From positions 1 to 64,000 of IMG/VR virus record IMGVR_UViG_3300045988_177154: a stretch of DNA of 64,000 nt; one strand, 5' to 3'. The notes beneath the pieces are model-generated. The model was not told the origin of the DNA, did no database searches, and saw only the letters and a list, made by a program, of their open reading frames with translations. Below are positions 33,874-41,346 of this stretch, piece after piece. Position 1 is the first letter of the stretch, and each line of letters begins with the position of its first letter. Position numbers and translations under genes: made by a program. This stretch comes from a virus.

Positions 33874-34292
33874 TTCTTTCTAAGTCTTGATAAAGCTTTT
33901 TGATTAAGAGTAAACTCAATTTTATCATAATCAATAGAAATGTACTGAATATCTAAATTGTAGTTACTCTTTAAGTCAAACTTAAATTTAGGATAAATCT
34001 TCTTTACATAGCTCTTTTTACTAACAATTGGCAATTTTAGATTCTTCCCAAATGTTAGAACAAATGAAACTATTAAACCATAAATTGCTACACAAATAAG
34101 TCGCCCTAAATCATCAAGCTTGATAAATATTACTAAAGTCAAAATGAAATTAAGATAAAGAATTGTAGCTTGTGCTGTTTCAGACTTAATATACTTGCCT
34201 CTTTCAGCATAATCTTGTTGATACTTCTCAGTTAATTCTTTTAACTCATTTTCTATTTCTTTTAGTTCTTCATTGTAAGAAATGTAGTTCAT
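33870..34292 (-). CDS. two-TM membrane protein, member 1 of a tandem paralog triplet
   Basis: YNEELKEIENELKELTEKYQQDYAERGKYIK ... KLPIVSKKSYV...DLKSNYNLDIQYISIDYDKIEF. Confidence 0.8.
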   Translation of the reverse strand: MNYISYNEELKEIENELKELTEKYQQDYAERGKYIKSETAQATILYLNFILTLVIFIKLDDLGRLICVAIYGLIVSFVLTFGKNLKLPIVSKKSYVKKIYPKFKFDLKSNYNLDIQYISIDYDKIEFTLNQKALSRLRKK

Positions 34293-34328
34293 TCTAATTC
34301 CCCTTTAGTAATATATTCTTTAAGTTAT

Positions 34329-34357
34329 ATTATATAATAAAAAAGATTGTCCGTCAA
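34329..34357 (-). promoter_or_regulatory. sigma-A-type promoter TTGACG-17-TATAAT whose -35 lies in a hairpin loop
   Basis: Plus strand reads ATTATA (34329-34334) and CGTCAA (34352-34357). The stem arms (34340-34349 and 34358-34367) are identical to those at 32901-32928. Confidence 0.8.
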
Positions 34358-34372
34358 CAATCTTTTTATTGT

Positions 34373-34633
34373 TTAATATTCCCAATAAAGTTTATTAGCA
34401 GATTTAGCAATAAACCAACCAACAAGAAGCAATACAATCAAACTAAAGATGAATGATTTATTTTGTTCACCCATGTACCAAATAAATGTTACAAGTGCAA
34501 TTACTGCATCAAGCAATGAATGAGCAATAGTGTGGCCCCAATTCTTTTCATGAGTTTGAATCCAGTAAATTTTAAATCCAGTATATCCAATGGCAATAGC
34601 CATGGCTGATGTTGAAATAATAAATGTTAGCAT
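34373..34633 (-). CDS. small membrane protein (three TM helices)
   Basis: 86-aa ORF with an AAAGGAGAG SD. Confidence 0.75.
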   Translation of the reverse strand: MLTFIISTSAMAIAIGYTGFKIYWIQTHEKNWGHTIAHSLLDAVIALVTFIWYMGEQNKSFIFSLIVLLLVGWFIAKSANKLYWEY

Positions 34634-34649
34634 GTTTTATCTCTCCTTT

Positions 34650-34790
34650 TTAGTTCCAAGTAAGAAGTTCCCAGCCGAATGTTTTAGCAATTTCGTGAGC
34701 TCGTTCTTCAGCATGGAATGGCCCATTAGCTTGGAAGCCGTAAGTTGTTACAGTACCGATTTCAGTTTTAAAAGTTCCTATATATTTCAT
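34650..34790 (-). CDS. small protein (46 aa) missed by the ORF track
   Basis: MKYIGTFKTEIGTVTTYGFQANGPFHAEERAHEIAKTFGWELLTWN. GAGGAAA SD. Sits behind a TTGACA-17-TATAAT promoter at about 34820-34848. Confidence 0.65.
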   Translation of the reverse strand: MKYIGTFKTEIGTVTTYGFQANGPFHAEERAHEIAKTFGWELLTWN

Positions 34791-34881
34791 TTTGTTTTCC
34801 TCATTTCTTAATTTCTATATTCATTATACAATACAAATTATTCTTTGTCAACACTTTTTTGAAAAAATTTTAAAAAAGTTT

Positions 34882-35499
34882 TTAAGCAGTTAATTCTTTG
34901 ATTTCATAACCAACATGAGTAAGACTTCCACGGTAATATACTCCTTGCTGATTGTTCTTAACTGAGGCACTGGCGTAATAAGATTTACCTGAAGCAAAAA
35001 TAAATTCTTCGTTGTTATCACCTTTATAAATTTTATAAGGTTTGTACAATTTCATTGTACGTTTTGTGAATTTTTTGCTAGCAGGTGTTTTACCAGATGA
35101 ACTAATATTCAATTCATAAAGTTTCATTTCAAAGTCATAAGAGCCATCATTAAAATTCTTTCCTTGTACTGATAAAGCATAATGAACAAGCTCATGCTTC
35201 AAAGTATCGTAAACTTCTTCTAAATCTCCAACAATAAGAGCCGCTGTAAGATGAGTCTTGGATAATTCAATACTAATAGGCATAAACTCTCCAAAATACA
35301 TTCTTGACATATAGCGACCTAATGTACTACTTAAACGGCCATTCATTTTGATAGGAATTTCAAGTCGCATATTAAAGTTTTCCATTAAGAATTTATTAGC
35401 AAAAGCTTTTGCTTCTTTTAGGAATGCTGAAAATTCTTTTGCTTTTTCGATTTTAAGTTTTTCATATTCTCTAATTGATAGTTTTACTGTCTTTACCAT
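34882..35499 (-). CDS. SprT-like zinc metalloprotease domain protein
   Basis: Start moved to MVKTVKL (35499), which has a GGGGGA SD. HELVHYALSVQGKNFNDGSYDFEMKL matches the SprT-like HExxH...DF pattern. Confidence 0.6.
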   Translation of the reverse strand: MVKTVKLSIREYEKLKIEKAKEFSAFLKEAKAFANKFLMENFNMRLEIPIKMNGRLSSTLGRYMSRMYFGEFMPISIELSKTHLTAALIVGDLEEVYDTLKHELVHYALSVQGKNFNDGSYDFEMKLYELNISSSGKTPASKKFTKRTMKLYKPYKIYKGDNNEEFIFASGKSYYASASVKNNQQGVYYRGSLTHVGYEIKELTA

Positions 35500-35512
35500 A
35501 ATTTTATCCCCC

Positions 35513-35731
35513 TTATTTAACTTGATTGAATCGTGTAACCATTTCTTTCGTAACAACAACTGAAGTAGAAAGTGGATTAGCTTGATTTACAGGTTTAAAT
35601 TCCATAACAATTGGTTCATTCAAGAATGATTCAATATAGTAGCGAATAGCTTTCATTTGTTTTGAAGTAATTTTCTTGTAATCTGTAAATAGAGTAATTG
35701 TATTACCACTTTTTGTTGCAAGTTCAAACAT
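35513..35731 (-). CDS. hypothetical protein
   Basis: 72-aa ORF behind the promoter at 35775-35803. Confidence 0.75.
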   Translation of the reverse strand: MFELATKSGNTITLFTDYKKITSKQMKAIRYYIESFLNEPIVMEFKPVNQANPLSTSVVVTKEMVTRFNQVK

Positions 35732-35774
35732 AGTTAAATCCTCGTTTTCATTTCTTTCATTTCTTTATAGTTAT

Positions 35775-35803
35775 ATGATACAACAAAAAATATCTTTTGT
35801 CAA
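35775..35803 (-). promoter_or_regulatory. sigma-A-type promoter TTGACA-17-TATCAT with conserved leader
   Basis: Plus strand reads ATGATA (35775-35780) and TGTCAA (35798-35803). Confidence 0.75.
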
Positions 35804-35841
35804 CAATTAAATACAAAAAAGAACTATTTTTAAATAGTTCT

Positions 35842-36219
35842 TTAAGAATGGAGTAAAACTTGTATAGAGATTGAATATTGATAATGGCGGCTGCCATCTA
35901 AAGGTTGGAATATTCTATGTGATTCAATTTGAAATAATGATTCAGATTTAGATATAGCAAGCTCATAAATGATAGTATCAATATTGGAGCGCTCTTTTGA
36001 AGTTTCATTGTATGAAGAATAACTTAAAATATCTTTTTCTTTTAATTTCTCTAATGCAGATTTAGTTTTATGAATTATAAGAGAGTCAGTATTTAATTGG
36101 GAGATTTGATTTAACAAAAAGTTATAAAGCTTGTCATTAGCTTCTGTTTCTAATGGAGTAGAGAAAGTATTATAAGTATCACAGTGATTTACGCTAGTAA
36201 TTGAAATAAGGGATTTCAT
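35842..36219 (-). CDS. hypothetical protein, paralog of 36244..36639
   Basis: Shared MK(S/F)(L/F)ISI..VNH.D, SALEKLKEKDILSYSSYNETS / SILESLKEQDILSYSSYKEAS, and SISIQVLL/SISVQVLL. Confidence 0.8.
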   Translation of the reverse strand: MKSLISITSVNHCDTYNTFSTPLETEANDKLYNFLLNQISQLNTDSLIIHKTKSALEKLKEKDILSYSSYNETSKERSNIDTIIYELAISKSESLFQIESHRIFQPLDGSRHYQYSISIQVLLHS

Positions 36220-36243
36220 ATTTATTCCTTTCTATGAGTTGTT

Positions 36244-36639
36244 TTACATATTGAGTAAAACTTGTACCGAGATGGAATGAGTATAACTCCGACTATCTAC
36301 TAGGAAAGGATTTCCACTTTTTCGATTAAAAAGTCTATGTAATTCAATTCGAAGTAAAGTTTCAGATTTACTAATAGTTAGTTCATGAACTACATCATTA
36401 TCATTAGAGTATTCTGTTGAAGCTTCCTTATATGAGCTATAACTCAAAATATCTTGTTCTTTTAAGCTTTCTAGGATAGATTGAAATTTATGAGTCATAT
36501 TAGGGGTAGTATTTAACTTAACAATTTGTTTAGTGAGGAAGTTGAAGATGTAATCGTTAGTGTTTGCTTCTCCCTCATATGCAAAATGGTCGCAAGAATC
36601 ATTGTGGTTTACATTAACAATTGAGATAAAGAATTTCAT
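36244..36639 (-). CDS. hypothetical protein, paralog of 35842..36219
   Basis: Tandem duplicate. The start abuts repeat copy A5. Confidence 0.8.
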   Translation of the reverse strand: MKFFISIVNVNHNDSCDHFAYEGEANTNDYIFNFLTKQIVKLNTTPNMTHKFQSILESLKEQDILSYSSYKEASTEYSNDNDVVHELTISKSETLLRIELHRLFNRKSGNPFLVDSRSYTHSISVQVLLNM

Positions 36640-36653
36640 ATTTAGCCCTTTCT

Positions 36654-36765
36654 ATAAGCTGTTTTAAGCTGTTTTTTCATAGAGTTGATGGTTTTATCGA
36701 AAAACAGTTCAAACTGTTTTAGCGATTAACTAGTGACGATATAACGACATTCAAAATCAGTTCTA
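36654..36765 (+). repeat. intergenic repeat family A, copy A5
   Basis: Fills the whole gap between the 36763 stop and the 36639 start. Contains the perfect hairpin AAAACAGTT-caa-AACTGTTTT and ends GACGATATAACGACATTCAAAATCAGTT. Confidence 0.85.
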
Positions 36766-37083
36766 GCGTTTGAATCCATTCTGTTTATATTGTTGATTGA
36801 TAAGCATAATAATTCGCTCTGATTTTTCAGACATTCGGTTCCAAACTGTATTTGGTACCAGGTCAAATAGAATAGTAACTGATGGAGCTAAGCTTTCCTT
36901 GTGATTCCAAACGAAATCATTCAAAAATTGAGCATAATCATGAATGAATTGCCAGCGTTTTTGGAAAAGTGATTTCTTTTCTTCTTCATTTTCACAATTA
37001 ACAGCTTGTTGAGTGAGTTGTTCAAATTTCTTATTATGGTTGGTAAGAGCAATTTCTAATTCATTTCTAAGGTCTTGTGTCAT
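36763..37083 (-). CDS. hypothetical protein
   Basis: 106-aa ORF. Confidence 0.75.
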   Translation of the reverse strand: MTQDLRNELEIALTNHNKKFEQLTQQAVNCENEEEKKSLFQKRWQFIHDYAQFLNDFVWNHKESLAPSVTILFDLVPNTVWNRMSEKSERIIMLINQQYKQNGFKR

Positions 37084-37110
37084 AGTTATTCTCCTTTGCT
37101 TTATTAAAAT

Positions 37111-37317
37111 TTATTCAAGTTCTAGGTAAAAATCATTGTACCAGTCTGAATCGTATTTAATCCTATTTGTTTCAAAAGAATATTGAGATACTGCAGTTGA
37201 ATCACATAGAATATATTCAGTATTGTTAATAACTTTCAAAGTGTCTTTATCATCTATTTCAAAATATTCTGATGGCAACCAAACACTTTTCACTTTTAAA
37301 TTGTTAGTTAAATTCAT
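37111..37317 (-). CDS. hypothetical protein
   Basis: 68-aa ORF behind a TTGACA-17-TACAAT promoter at about 37365-37393. Confidence 0.75.
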   Translation of the reverse strand: MNLTNNLKVKSVWLPSEYFEIDDKDTLKVINNTEYILCDSTAVSQYSFETNRIKYDSDWYNDFYLELE

Positions 37318-37444
37318 TTTGAATATTCCTTTTTATCATATTTCTTTATTTCTTTTTATAGTATTATTGTACGATAACATTTCTAATTTGTCAACAGAAA
37401 AATAAAACTTTTTTGAAAAATTAAAAAAAAGAGAAACTGCTAAA

Positions 37445-38236
37445 TTAAGCAGCTTCTTCTGAATGGTATTTCTTTTTATAAAGTTCTAATGCTTCTTCAT
37501 TTTCTTTATCTGTCTTGATTGGTGGAATGACTAAATTAAGAGTATCTTCAATACCATTTTCAGTTTTGTTTCTATCTATTCCTAAGCTATAAATATTTAC
37601 TACTCCAGCATTGTTGGAACGTATATTTAATTCAGAAATTTTCCTTTCAAAATCTGAATCACCATCATTGAATTTTTTGTTTTGATACCAAAGCGCATAA
37701 TGTACAAGTTCATGCTCAAAAATCGGTTGAACTATTCCAAAATCATTAAATTTTACCATAGCATATAGGAAAGGTTCGCTTATTAAGATTTGAGTAGCAT
37801 TTCTTTCTTCAAATAGGATTTTTTGATTTGGAGTCATATTAAGAAAAGAACCTGCTGAATAATTATTATATTCTGCTAAAAGGATTTTACTATTCCATTC
37901 AACACCAGGGAAATTCTTCTTTAGAAATTCTATGGCAAATGAATTGAGCTTGAGTTTTATTTCTTCCCATTTTTCTTTTGTTAGTAGTTCTTCATCTACT
38001 TTGTAAGAAGTAATCTTTTCAACTTTAAATTTTGCTTGTGATAATGATGGCTCAGAAATTGGAGAGGGGCTTACTAATTGATAATTTTTAGAATTATCAT
38101 CGAGAATGAAACTGATAACAAGGTATAAATAGCAAAGAAGAATTATAACAAATCCTACAGTTATGTCTTGAGCATTGCCACTGCTCATTAGATACATTGC
38201 TAAGAAATTTAGCAAAATCAATATAAGTTTTTTCAT
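37445..38236 (-). CDS. membrane-anchored SprT-like zinc metalloprotease domain protein
   Basis: N-terminal signal/TM plus a second TM. FEHELVHYALWYQNKKFNDGDSDFERKI is paralogous to the motif in 34882..35499. Confidence 0.6.
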   Translation of the reverse strand: MKKLILILLNFLAMYLMSSGNAQDITVGFVIILLCYLYLVISFILDDNSKNYQLVSPSPISEPSLSQAKFKVEKITSYKVDEELLTKEKWEEIKLKLNSFAIEFLKKNFPGVEWNSKILLAEYNNYSAGSFLNMTPNQKILFEERNATQILISEPFLYAMVKFNDFGIVQPIFEHELVHYALWYQNKKFNDGDSDFERKISELNIRSNNAGVVNIYSLGIDRNKTENGIEDTLNLVIPPIKTDKENEEALELYKKKYHSEEAA

Positions 38237-38257
38237 TTTATATTTAAGTAATCCTTT

Positions 38258-38746
38258 CTATCTTTTTACAATGTAATAGTTTTTCACACTCTTAAAATAA
38301 AAATATTCTTTTAAGAAAGTAAAAACAATATATTCAAAGAAATTTCTTTTTTCTTTATTTTGCAATTTGTAATATTTTTCTATAAACTTTGGATTTAGAG
38401 TTGTATTATTGAAGTGATAACTTCGCCAAGGAAAAATAAGTGTGATGTTTTCTGATTTAGAAATAGAATTAGAATCATTAGTAATATTCTCTACTTTATA
38501 TTCAGAAGTTCCTCTATCAGAAGCATTTGCCATAACAATCATTGGTAAACTTACTAATAAATTTAAAATGAATATGCTCATTCCCAATATAAACACAATT
38601 TCAGAATTAAGATTTACAGTCATTAGAGTAGCTAATAAAAGAATAGCATTAACCAAGATTTGAAAATTAGTATTGTCTTTATTAGGAGAGCTTAAAAATA
38701 AACTCCAATCTAATATAACCCATAGAATATTTAATAACAAAAACAT
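38258..38746 (-). CDS. membrane protein, paralog of 38746..39237
   Basis: ATG 38746 is preferred over the track's TTG at 38752 (GAAAGG SD). Shared C-terminal ...FPW..Y.F...TLN.KFI.KYY.LQNK......F.IFTFLKEYFYFKSV. Confidence 0.75.
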   Translation of the reverse strand: MFLLLNILWVILDWSLFLSSPNKDNTNFQILVNAILLLATLMTVNLNSEIVFILGMSIFILNLLVSLPMIVMANASDRGTSEYKVENITNDSNSISKSENITLIFPWRSYHFNNTTLNPKFIEKYYKLQNKEKRNFFEYIVFTFLKEYFYFKSVKNYYIVKR

Positions 38747-39237
38747 TAGCAATCCTTTCTATGTTTTTCTCTTTTGATAAGATGAAAACTATGAACACTC
38801 TTAAAATAGAAGTATTCCTTTAAGAAAGTAAAAATTAAAAATTCAGAAAAGCTTCTGCTCTTGTTTTGTAATTCATAATATTTAATAATGAATTTTTGAT
38901 TAAGAGTAACTTTTGAAAAATCATATTTACCCCAAGGAAAATTAAGTACAATATATGGCTCGGAAATGAAATTAAATTTATTATCTATCTTATAAGAAAC
39001 TGACTCTTGAGAATCAGAACTCACACCAATAAAAAGCCAAAGAAGAATATTACAGCCAAATAAAATTTGAAACCAAGCAGTGCTTAGATAAGCTGGATTA
39101 TAAGTAGCTTCTACTATGTTATCTACAACTATAACAATTGATGGTAACATGAATTGAAAAGATGTAATACCTTTGTTAGGCGATTTCACCAAGAAAAGAA
39201 GTAAAACAAAGGCTAATATATTAAGTGTTATAATCAT
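38746..39237 (-). CDS. membrane protein, paralog of 38258..38746
   Basis: ATG 39237 is preferred over the track's TTG at 39243. Its stop overlaps the next start (TAATG). Confidence 0.75.
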   Translation of the reverse strand: MIITLNILAFVLLLFLVKSPNKGITSFQFMLPSIVIVVDNIVEATYNPAYLSTAWFQILFGCNILLWLFIGVSSDSQESVSYKIDNKFNFISEPYIVLNFPWGKYDFSKVTLNQKFIIKYYELQNKSRSFSEFLIFTFLKEYFYFKSVHSFHLIKREKHRKDC

Positions 39238-39249
39238 TAACAAACCTTT

Positions 39250-39861
39250 CTAATCGTTCAAATACCAAGCTGCACAATACAACGCATCTTTTTTAAGTGT
39301 TACTAAATCTTTCCACTTTTCTTCAACTTCTGCTGTTTTGAAACGCTCTTCCAAAATAACTGCATAATAGTTAGGAGTAGTTCGCACTTCTACTTTAAAT
39401 TCACCTAACTTCTTGTTTACTTTCTTTGTTTCTTCATGTGCTAATGCCAAATCAGAAATAAATTCTTTTAATTTCTCAGCATTACTATCAAAGTCATAAA
39501 AATATTTACTTTCCAAAGCATGCTCAGGTTGAGCTGCAATCATAGCAATTCGTGAATCAAGACTACCTAAGTTCAAATCTTGATGGTCTAACAAGTAGTG
39601 CATAAGACTATGTTGAACTGTTTTATGGTTGCGTTTGTTCAATGAAACATACATACGGCTAAATTCATTCTTTTTGCCTTGTTTAGCCCAAGCTTCAAAA
39701 ATAGGAACTAATTCTTCATCAGTCATTGTACTAATAAATGAAGTCTTACGACTTGAAAAATCTTCAACTTCAATATTATCTTTTGGTCGTGATACAAAAG
39801 ATATTACTCTCAAGTCAGTTTTTTCTTCAGCTGTTTTATACCATTTGTTTAAGTTACTCAT
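39250..39861 (-). CDS. hypothetical protein, paralog of 57826..58392
   Basis: Start moved to MSNLNKW (AAAGAGGA SD). Shared motifs: (I/L)(S/L)FVSR.KD, F.R.Y..(L/I)N.R, (Y/L)FDFD(S/D), (T/K)TPN..AVI, LKKD...C..W. Confidence 0.75.
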   Translation of the reverse strand: MSNLNKWYKTAEEKTDLRVISFVSRPKDNIEVEDFSSRKTSFISTMTDEELVPIFEAWAKQGKKNEFSRMYVSLNKRNHKTVQHSLMHYLLDHQDLNLGSLDSRIAMIAAQPEHALESKYFYDFDSNAEKLKEFISDLALAHEETKKVNKKLGEFKVEVRTTPNYYAVILEERFKTAEVEEKWKDLVTLKKDALYCAAWYLND

Positions 39862-39926
39862 TGTTAAATCCTCTTTCATTTCTTTATAGTTATATAATAC
39901 AATAAAGAATTTATTTTGTCAATATT

Positions 39927-40009
39927 AAAATAAAAAAGAAAGAGAAATTTTCTCTTTCTAGTAGATTTAAACCGAACCTAGCTCAATTTAAGATACCTGA
40001 CTGCGAATC
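39927..40009 (-). ncRNA. candidate ~80-nt small RNA with its own promoter and terminator
   Basis: The consensus promoter at 40016-40044 points into an ORF-free stretch. That stretch ends in a 9-bp hairpin (39937-39959) followed on the minus strand by a T-run. The only ORF is a 7-codon one with no SD. Confidence 0.5.
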
Positions 40010-40015
40010 ATAGCT

Positions 40016-40044
40016 ATTGTATCAAAAAGAGCTTTCAAAGTCAA
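40016..40044 (-). promoter_or_regulatory. orphan sigma-A-type promoter TTGACT-17-TACAAT
   Basis: Plus strand reads ATTGTA (40016-40021) and AGTCAA (40039-40044). No protein gene lies downstream before the terminator. Confidence 0.7.
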
Positions 40045-40083
40045 GATTTACTTGTGATATACAAATTAAAAAGGAGTAAGTTA

Positions 40084-41316
40084 ATGGCTAAATATCATAT
40101 AACTCCAAGAGGCGAAGTTAAAAAATGTAATGCTAAAGTACATTGTCGCTATGGAGATTACAACCCTCACTTTGATGACCCAGTGACAGCTCAATTATTT
40201 GCTGATAATTGTTTTGATAGATTGAAATTTGACTCTACAATCAGAACTTTAGATACAAGTGGTTTTGATTTAAGAATGAAAAATAAAAATAGTTTACCAA
40301 GTAGAGTGAAAGATATAACTGGAGTAAAGCAAAGAGGTTTTGATTATGAATGTTACATGAGCTCTTGTTATGCTGAATCTCTAGGCCTTAGAAATGTTTT
40401 AGTGCAAGATAAAAATGGCTCATGGCATGCTATCAATCAAAACGGTGCTATTCCAGATATTGATGAAGAAAGAATAAAAAGCTTAATTGACAACGCTAAA
40501 CAAAGTTTAGAAAATGCTTATGATGTTGCTAATGAAACTAATTCAGAAAAATTCTGTCGTGCTATTTATTACAGTGACGATTCTGATTCATTATTCATTC
40601 AAACTGGAGCACCTGAGCTATTAGATGCAGCTGTTGTAGAAAATGGAGAAACTCAACTATTAGAAATCAAGAAAACTCACTCTAGTGGTGCTCAAACATT
40701 TGAAAGAACTTTAGGAATTGGCCACGATAGTTCTTTTGAATTAAGAGATGAAGATTACGATACTCTACACCCAGAAATCTTAGAACAAGTAGAGAAATTT
40801 AGAAATGATAATAGTACTAATCAATACAATCTAAAAGTTTCTAATTTTGTTGCTACTGAGCAATTCGTAAGAGATTATCAAAGAAGTGGAAGTTCTGAAT
40901 TTGTTTGTACAGATAAAAGGGGTAGAGCTATTTCAATAGATATGACTAGACCACCTGAAATTGTTGCTAAAGAATTAGTAAATAATGGATTTGTTACTAC
41001 TCTTAAAATCAGAACTAATCTAAATACTCGTAAATTAGACAGCAATGCTATATATAGATTAAGAGAAAATAAAGAAAACCTTTATACTGGTGACTATGTG
41101 AAAGCACCTGGTGGACATAGAGCTATTCCATTTGAAAACTTTGATAAATCTAAAATGACGAAAGTTAGAGGCAAAGTTAGAATTGGTGAATATATGTTGC
41201 CAGTTAAATGGGAAGATAAAGATAGCTTCACTGGCCCAATTACACTTGATAGAATGGAATATTTTGCTCCAGTTATGGGTGGCGATATTAAAAAAGTACG
41301 AGATGAAGAATACTAA
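40084..41316 (+). CDS. protein with N-terminal MAKYHI His/Cys mini-module + C-terminal domain with a possible PD-(D/E)xK-like motif
   Basis: Start moved to MAKYHITPRGEVKKCNAKVHCRYGDYNPHF (AAAGGAG SD). The D...E-x-K pattern in PELLDAAVVENGETQLLEIKK is only suggestive. Confidence 0.75.
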   Translation: MAKYHITPRGEVKKCNAKVHCRYGDYNPHFDDPVTAQLFADNCFDRLKFDSTIRTLDTSGFDLRMKNKNSLPSRVKDITGVKQRGFDYECYMSSCYAESLGLRNVLVQDKNGSWHAINQNGAIPDIDEERIKSLIDNAKQSLENAYDVANETNSEKFCRAIYYSDDSDSLFIQTGAPELLDAAVVENGETQLLEIKKTHSSGAQTFERTLGIGHDSSFELRDEDYDTLHPEILEQVEKFRNDNSTNQYNLKVSNFVATEQFVRDYQRSGSSEFVCTDKRGRAISIDMTRPPEIVAKELVNNGFVTTLKIRTNLNTRKLDSNAIYRLRENKENLYTGDYVKAPGGHRAIPFENFDKSKMTKVRGKVRIGEYMLPVKWEDKDSFTGPITLDRMEYFAPVMGGDIKKVRDEEY

Positions 41317-41346
41317 AAAAGATAGCATTGAGCTATCTTTTTTTAT
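41315..41346. terminator. bidirectional intrinsic terminator
   Basis: Hairpin AGATAGC-attga-GCTATCT with flanking A- and T-runs between convergent genes. Confidence 0.8.

Noticed and set aside
39961-40030. tRNA-like fragments (TAGCTCAAT, CTGACTGCGAATCA) that suggested a tRNA gene.
   Set aside because: I could not build an acceptor stem, a D-stem or a T-arm (no GTTCRANYC-type loop with a 5-bp stem). The region is better explained as the body of the small promoter-terminator transcript on the opposite strand.
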